64,000 nt of DNA from an uncultured archaeon (lineage in GTDB: Archaea; Asgardarchaeota; Thorarchaeia; Thorarchaeales; Thorarchaeaceae), in contig CAZLEV010000004.1 of the NCBI GenBank assembly GCA_964558645.1, positions 139,442 through 203,441 of the forward strand, in the 5' to 3' direction. Under the pieces are notes generated by a model. That model saw only the letters and a program-made list of their open reading frames with translations, was not told where the DNA came from and ran no database searches. Of the stretch, positions 59,584-64,000 are shown piece after piece; the first letter of the stretch is position 1; each line of letters begins with the position of its first letter. Made by a program: the position numbers and the translations under genes.

Positions 59584-60936
59584 ATGCCTGAATTCAAGAT
59601 ATCAGCGTCTGCTGACGCGCTGCTTCGCGTACTTCAAATGATAGAGAAGGGGTCATCTATCGACCTATTCAGTGACGGACCAGATGTCGAACAAGTCAGA
59701 AGAATGGTAGAAACTTATCGAGGTGGGCTTCACGATGATCTTGTGGAGCGTTTGGAGAGAGTAGCCGACTTAGGGGGACCTTCACTGGCAACACAGCGAG
59801 ACCTCTTTTCGCTCGTTACTCAACTCTGGGAGGAGAATATCTCCAGACTCAACAAGACCGAGTTGCTTGTGCTGCAGAGAGCTGTTGAGGCTCCTGGTGA
59901 GAGTATTAGTAGACTCTCTAAGCAGGTCAGAATAAGCTACTCTCGTGCGAGAAGAGGGTACCGCAAGCTAGAGCAGGCGGGAGTCTTGCATGTTGAGGGG
60001 ATGCTCAATTCTCAGTCAATCGGGCTTGAACGGATCATGGTCATTCTTGAAAATCCGAGCTTGGTTCTGGCAGGCCCCTACATTGAGAAGAGTCTCTATG
60101 TTGATGGTGCGATTCCACGATGTCACCTGGTTTTGACATGCCCCCGCGACAGAACGCGGGACTTGCTAGTATTGTTCAGGTCATTGAGGGCTACCTCGGA
60201 CAATATCTCAGCATTCCGAATCTCTGTGGGTAAGCCAAGGTTTTCGTTCCTCTATTTTGACTATGCAAGCTCTTCTTGGTTCCCTGACCTGCTCCATCAG
60301 CGATTACTCGTGCGGCAAGGGGGAGAGCCCATAACTCTCGCAGAGTCATCTAACAAGATAGAACAATATCCCGACCTCAAGAGCAATGACTTGAAGGTCA
60401 TTGACGTACTTCGAAAGAACTATCACAGCCCTATCGAGGATATCGTAAGAAAAGCAGCAATCTCTGAGAGCACCGCCTTCAAGAAGAGAAAGGCAATACA
60501 GCAAGCAGAAGCACCAGTTCTGTTGCCGCGAACACGTGTAAACATTCCCATGCTAGGCGAGAGGATAATGGTCATAGCCTCTCCCGAAACAGCAGGAGAT
60601 ATACTTCCTGCCTGGAGGGAGTTACCGCAGACCTACGTGTCACGCATAGCGAACCTGGAAGATGAGAGAGACAATAGGATCATGCTTCTTGCGGCGCTCC
60701 CTGCTGGAAGCGGAAGGAAGATTCTACAGATCTTGGAAGAGGAGATAAGCCGTGTCAACAACTATTCTGCACACACTATCTCTGCAGGGACAGAAACAAG
60801 AATGTCGATGTCCACGATGTTCGATAATAAGAGTTCGTCTTGGAAGTGGGATCACGGTGCCTTCTTCGAACCGGTCGCTTACGGTGTTGCCAGACGCGAT
60901 GCGGGTAGCGAGAACATTCCCGTTGACCTAGCATGA
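59584..60936 (+). CDS. Duplicated Lrp-like wHTH protein
   Basis: Two HTH segments (ISRLSKQVRISYSRARR; IEDIVRKAAISESTAFKK). Confidence 0.6.
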   Translation: MPEFKISASADALLRVLQMIEKGSSIDLFSDGPDVEQVRRMVETYRGGLHDDLVERLERVADLGGPSLATQRDLFSLVTQLWEENISRLNKTELLVLQRAVEAPGESISRLSKQVRISYSRARRGYRKLEQAGVLHVEGMLNSQSIGLERIMVILENPSLVLAGPYIEKSLYVDGAIPRCHLVLTCPRDRTRDLLVLFRSLRATSDNISAFRISVGKPRFSFLYFDYASSSWFPDLLHQRLLVRQGGEPITLAESSNKIEQYPDLKSNDLKVIDVLRKNYHSPIEDIVRKAAISESTAFKKRKAIQQAEAPVLLPRTRVNIPMLGERIMVIASPETAGDILPAWRELPQTYVSRIANLEDERDNRIMLLAALPAGSGRKILQILEEEISRVNNYSAHTISAGTETRMSMSTMFDNKSSSWKWDHGAFFEPVAYGVARRDAGSENIPVDLA

Positions 60937-61069
60937 TACTCACATGATCAGTCCAAGTTTCACTACTGTTTCGGCTTGTGCCTGCAGTTTTCTGTGGCCT
61001 GTGGACCGTTGTGTATCTTCACAAGTATTATGTGGCTCTATCCTAGGATTTCTTCTTGTGGATTCATCT

Positions 61070-62005
61070 ATGTTTGATGTGACCTTTCTTGGTACGGGTG
61101 GTTCAATCCCCACAGAAGGACGCAATCTGCCCGCAATCGCAGTTCAACACGAAGGGTGGGTCCTGCTTTTGGATGCTGGGGAGGATGTTCAGCGTCAGCT
61201 AGAGAGAGCGAACATCGGTCTTAACAAGCCAATGCGTGTCTTCATCAGCCATATCCATGCAGACCATCTAATCGGACTGCCAGGCCTATTGCTGCGTTTC
61301 TCCCTGTTAGGAAGGGAAAAGCCTCTCGAGATTTTTGGTCCTCCTGACTTGGTTGAATACATCAAAGTGAACCAGAAGACGATACACCTAGGAACAACCT
61401 TTGAGACCACCGTCTATGGTGTGGAGAGCGGAGTCCTCTTTGAAGATGATGGGTTGTCTGTGAGAGCATTTGAGGTGAGTCACCGTGGAAAGGCATTTGG
61501 ATTCGAGGTCACATACCAGCGAATGACGGGAACATTCTTACCAGACCGGGCCAGAGAACTTGGAGTCCCAGAGGGCCCACTGTGGAAATCGCTCTCTGAC
61601 GGAATGACCATAGAACTCGATGACGGAATGACAGTCAGTCCTGAACAGGTGACGGAAGCGAAACCGCCCCCTATCAAGATAGTCTACTCTGGAGATACAC
61701 GACCTTGCGACAGTCTTACAGAGGCCGCTCAGAATGCGAATCTGCTGATATGTGAGGCCATGTATGCAGAAGAACACAGAGATCTAGCGGTTGAGAGAGG
61801 TCATACCACAGCAGTCCAGGCCGCGGAGATTGCTCGAGATGCAAATGTGCGGCTTCTCGCACTAACCCACTATAGTCCCAGATATGAAGCTGAAGGGGGA
61901 GAGCAGATTCTACGAGAAGCGAGAGAAGTATTCAGCAACAGTATTCTTGCACGAGACTTGATGCAGATCAGTGTCGGCCAGGACGAAACAAGAGTGAAGG
62001 ACTGA
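61070..62005 (+). CDS. rnz: Ribonuclease Z
   Basis: FLGTGG, SHIHADH, GVPEGP exosite, YSGDT, HTT, THYSPRY. Confidence 0.95.
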   Translation: MFDVTFLGTGGSIPTEGRNLPAIAVQHEGWVLLLDAGEDVQRQLERANIGLNKPMRVFISHIHADHLIGLPGLLLRFSLLGREKPLEIFGPPDLVEYIKVNQKTIHLGTTFETTVYGVESGVLFEDDGLSVRAFEVSHRGKAFGFEVTYQRMTGTFLPDRARELGVPEGPLWKSLSDGMTIELDDGMTVSPEQVTEAKPPPIKIVYSGDTRPCDSLTEAAQNANLLICEAMYAEEHRDLAVERGHTTAVQAAEIARDANVRLLALTHYSPRYEAEGGEQILREAREVFSNSILARDLMQISVGQDETRVKD

Positions 62006-62012
62006 AGACCTG

Positions 62013-63221
62013 CTATATGTTCAGTCCTAGGCGAACAGCCTTGAGAGGGTGGCGTGTGAGGAGGCGTTTGGCAATTGACACTCGCATCTTCTTGTATGGT
62101 CGGGACCCTGTAACAAGATCCATCATCAGTTCTCTCAAGATTGCATCCTCTGCCGCCATCTCGAAAACAAGCTCAGATGTTCTCTCTGACTTGAAGAGTA
62201 AGTCGGCAATGAGATCTGCTGTTTGAAGCTCAGGCAGGAGTTTCCTCTGAAGCTGTATGTCGTACTCCTTGATGTGAAGCGGGGATTTCCGTTTAGCGGC
62301 CTCTTCGATGATGTCAGCTGCAATCTTGGCGGAATACATGGCGTAATAGATTCCCTCACCTGTTATCGGAGAGGCCAGCCCTGCAGCATCGCCCACCAAC
62401 AAAGTTCTCCGCCCTGTAAATCGCGAACCTGTTCTACCTACAGGTACCCGGAATGAAGCCTTTCTGATAAAGTCCAGATGGATACCTTTCTCTTTTCTGA
62501 CCTTCTCAGTGAAGATTCCCCACTCACTCCGAATGTCCCCCATGAGATCCATTCGGCATCCTATTCCAATGCTGAGTTCGTTGCGTTTGGGAAAGACCCA
62601 CCCATAACCTCTATGTTGGATGCCGAAGTAGAGGTCCATGGCAGGTTCGCCAGCATCATCTCGAACTGCCATGATTCGCTCTACCTCCTCAGAATCCATC
62701 CGCACATCACCTGAGATGCAAAAGGCGATCTTCTCGGGAGGCCATTCCCAGCGAATACCAATCTCTCGGGCAACGATGCCGTCGACCCCGTCTGCGCCCA
62801 CCAAGAGCTTCCCTTTGAAGGAATCCCCCGGACATAACACTCTGACGCCGCCGCGCATCTTCTCAACTGCAACAGCACGCATATTCTCAGCCACGTCAAC
62901 ACCTGCATCACGTGCTTGTTCAACTAGAAACCTATCAAAATCGGCCCGTTTCACCATCTGGCCGACGAGGTCATCTCTGCGACACACAACTCTCCGACCC
63001 GAGGGCGAGTGGATGACGGCTGTGCGTAGCACACGATCCACAACGGGAGAAGCATCGAAGTCTATGAGATCCAGAACGCGGGGGCTCAATGCTCCGCCGC
63101 AGGGTTTGCTACGTGGATGAGTATGCTTCTCAAGCATCACGACGTCAAGTCCGACCTGTGCAAGACGCCGCGCGCAAGTTGCGCCTGCGGGTCCGCTGCC
63201 AACAACAATAACGTCATACAT
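62013..63221 (-). CDS. Geranylgeranyl reductase family flavoprotein
   Basis: GSGPAG, KPCGG, GYGWVFPK, GDAAG..SPITGEGI. Confidence 0.92.
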   Translation of the reverse strand: MYDVIVVGSGPAGATCARRLAQVGLDVVMLEKHTHPRSKPCGGALSPRVLDLIDFDASPVVDRVLRTAVIHSPSGRRVVCRRDDLVGQMVKRADFDRFLVEQARDAGVDVAENMRAVAVEKMRGGVRVLCPGDSFKGKLLVGADGVDGIVAREIGIRWEWPPEKIAFCISGDVRMDSEEVERIMAVRDDAGEPAMDLYFGIQHRGYGWVFPKRNELSIGIGCRMDLMGDIRSEWGIFTEKVRKEKGIHLDFIRKASFRVPVGRTGSRFTGRRTLLVGDAAGLASPITGEGIYYAMYSAKIAADIIEEAAKRKSPLHIKEYDIQLQRKLLPELQTADLIADLLFKSERTSELVFEMAAEDAILRELMMDLVTGSRPYKKMRVSIAKRLLTRHPLKAVRLGLNI

Positions 63222-63296
63222 TGAGTCTCACCCAGTGATAGAAACTAATCACAATATCAATAAATCCTGCCATCTTAGGCTCGTACGGGTGCTATC

Positions 63297-64000
63297 ATGT
63301 CAGAAGAGGCCGAAGTATGTCTGATAACCACAGGGGGCACCATAGCGAGTGTCTATGACCCCGAAACACAGGGGCTAAGGCCAAGACTCTCAGTCAATGC
63401 ACTTCTTGAGAGTCTACCACGACGATCGGGCAGGGTGAAAGTGGTGAAGAGAGAATTACTTCAGCTCGATTCTGCCAATGCACAACCGCACCACTGGCAG
63501 GAGATTGCGGGTGCAATCAAGACTGTTCACGACGAGATGCCTGACATTGATGGCGTTGTCATCACTCATGGAACAGACACTATGGTGTATTCTGCGTCTG
63601 CCGTTAGCCTCATGATCCAAGACTTCGGTAAGCCGATAGTCTTCACCGGGTCTCAGATTCCAGCTGGAGTACCTTGGAGTGATGGTCCAAGGAACATGGT
63701 AGATGCATTTCGAGTCGCAGCTTTCGGGGACATTGGAGAAACATGTATTGTATTCAATGGTGAGATACATCGGCCAACGAGAACCAAGAAAGTAAGATCG
63801 AATGCATACGATGCCTTTGATTCCATGGACCCATCACCCCTTGGTGTGCTGGCACGGGACATTGTCTTATACGAAGGGCGAAAAAGACGCCATAACCTAG
63901 TGCCGAGGTTTGATACTCGAATCGATGAACGCGTGTTTCTACTCAAGGTCTTCCCAGGAATGCCTCCAAGTATTCTCTCCAAGATTGTTGATATGGGATA
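63297..64000 (+). CDS. Type I L-asparaginase family protein (runs off window end; not in ORF track)
   Basis: MSEEAEVCLITTGGTIAS..., DSAN, THGTDT, VFTGSQ. Confidence 0.9.
   Translation, partial: MSEEAEVCLITTGGTIASVYDPETQGLRPRLSVNALLESLPRRSGRVKVVKRELLQLDSANAQPHHWQEIAGAIKTVHDEMPDIDGVVITHGTDTMVYSASAVSLMIQDFGKPIVFTGSQIPAGVPWSDGPRNMVDAFRVAAFGDIGETCIVFNGEIHRPTRTKKVRSNAYDAFDSMDPSPLGVLARDIVLYEGRKRRHNLVPRFDTRIDERVFLLKVFPGMPPSILSKIVDMG

Overview
Asgard archaeal chromosome segment, most consistent with Thorarchaeota/Thorarchaeia (inferred from actin, two-domain gelsolin, a Rab-like small GTPase, longin-like proteins and archaeal TFB/LeuS/KEOPS genes). It is mainly housekeeping and metabolic; I found no CRISPR array, transposase or provirus. 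The main signals missing from the ORF track belong to a selenocysteine system. (i) The Mvh/Vhu hydrogenase operon has a large subunit lacking its C-terminal Ni ligands, completed by a hidden 50-codon vhuU gene with in-frame UGA-Sec (RCYDC-U-LSCGAH, 4760-4912). (ii) A eukaryote-type SECIS has its AUGA core overlapping the vhuU stop codon. (iii) A 9/4-fold tRNA-Sec (UCA, 29535-29625) lies next to pstK. Other candidates: a wHTH-CARF-like regulator coupled to a Mini-III-like RNase III gene; a degenerate MCM-like protein beside an orphan DNA methyltransferase; a longin + V4R (TRAPP-like) operon near a Rab-like GTPase; a CBS-HPF hibernation-factor-like protein; a stand-alone PriL Fe-S domain; two NYN-LOTUS paralogs; tandem TFBs; two apparent pseudo-enzymes; and several candidate operators and RNA hairpins. 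All family calls come from motif recognition by eye; no searches were run.
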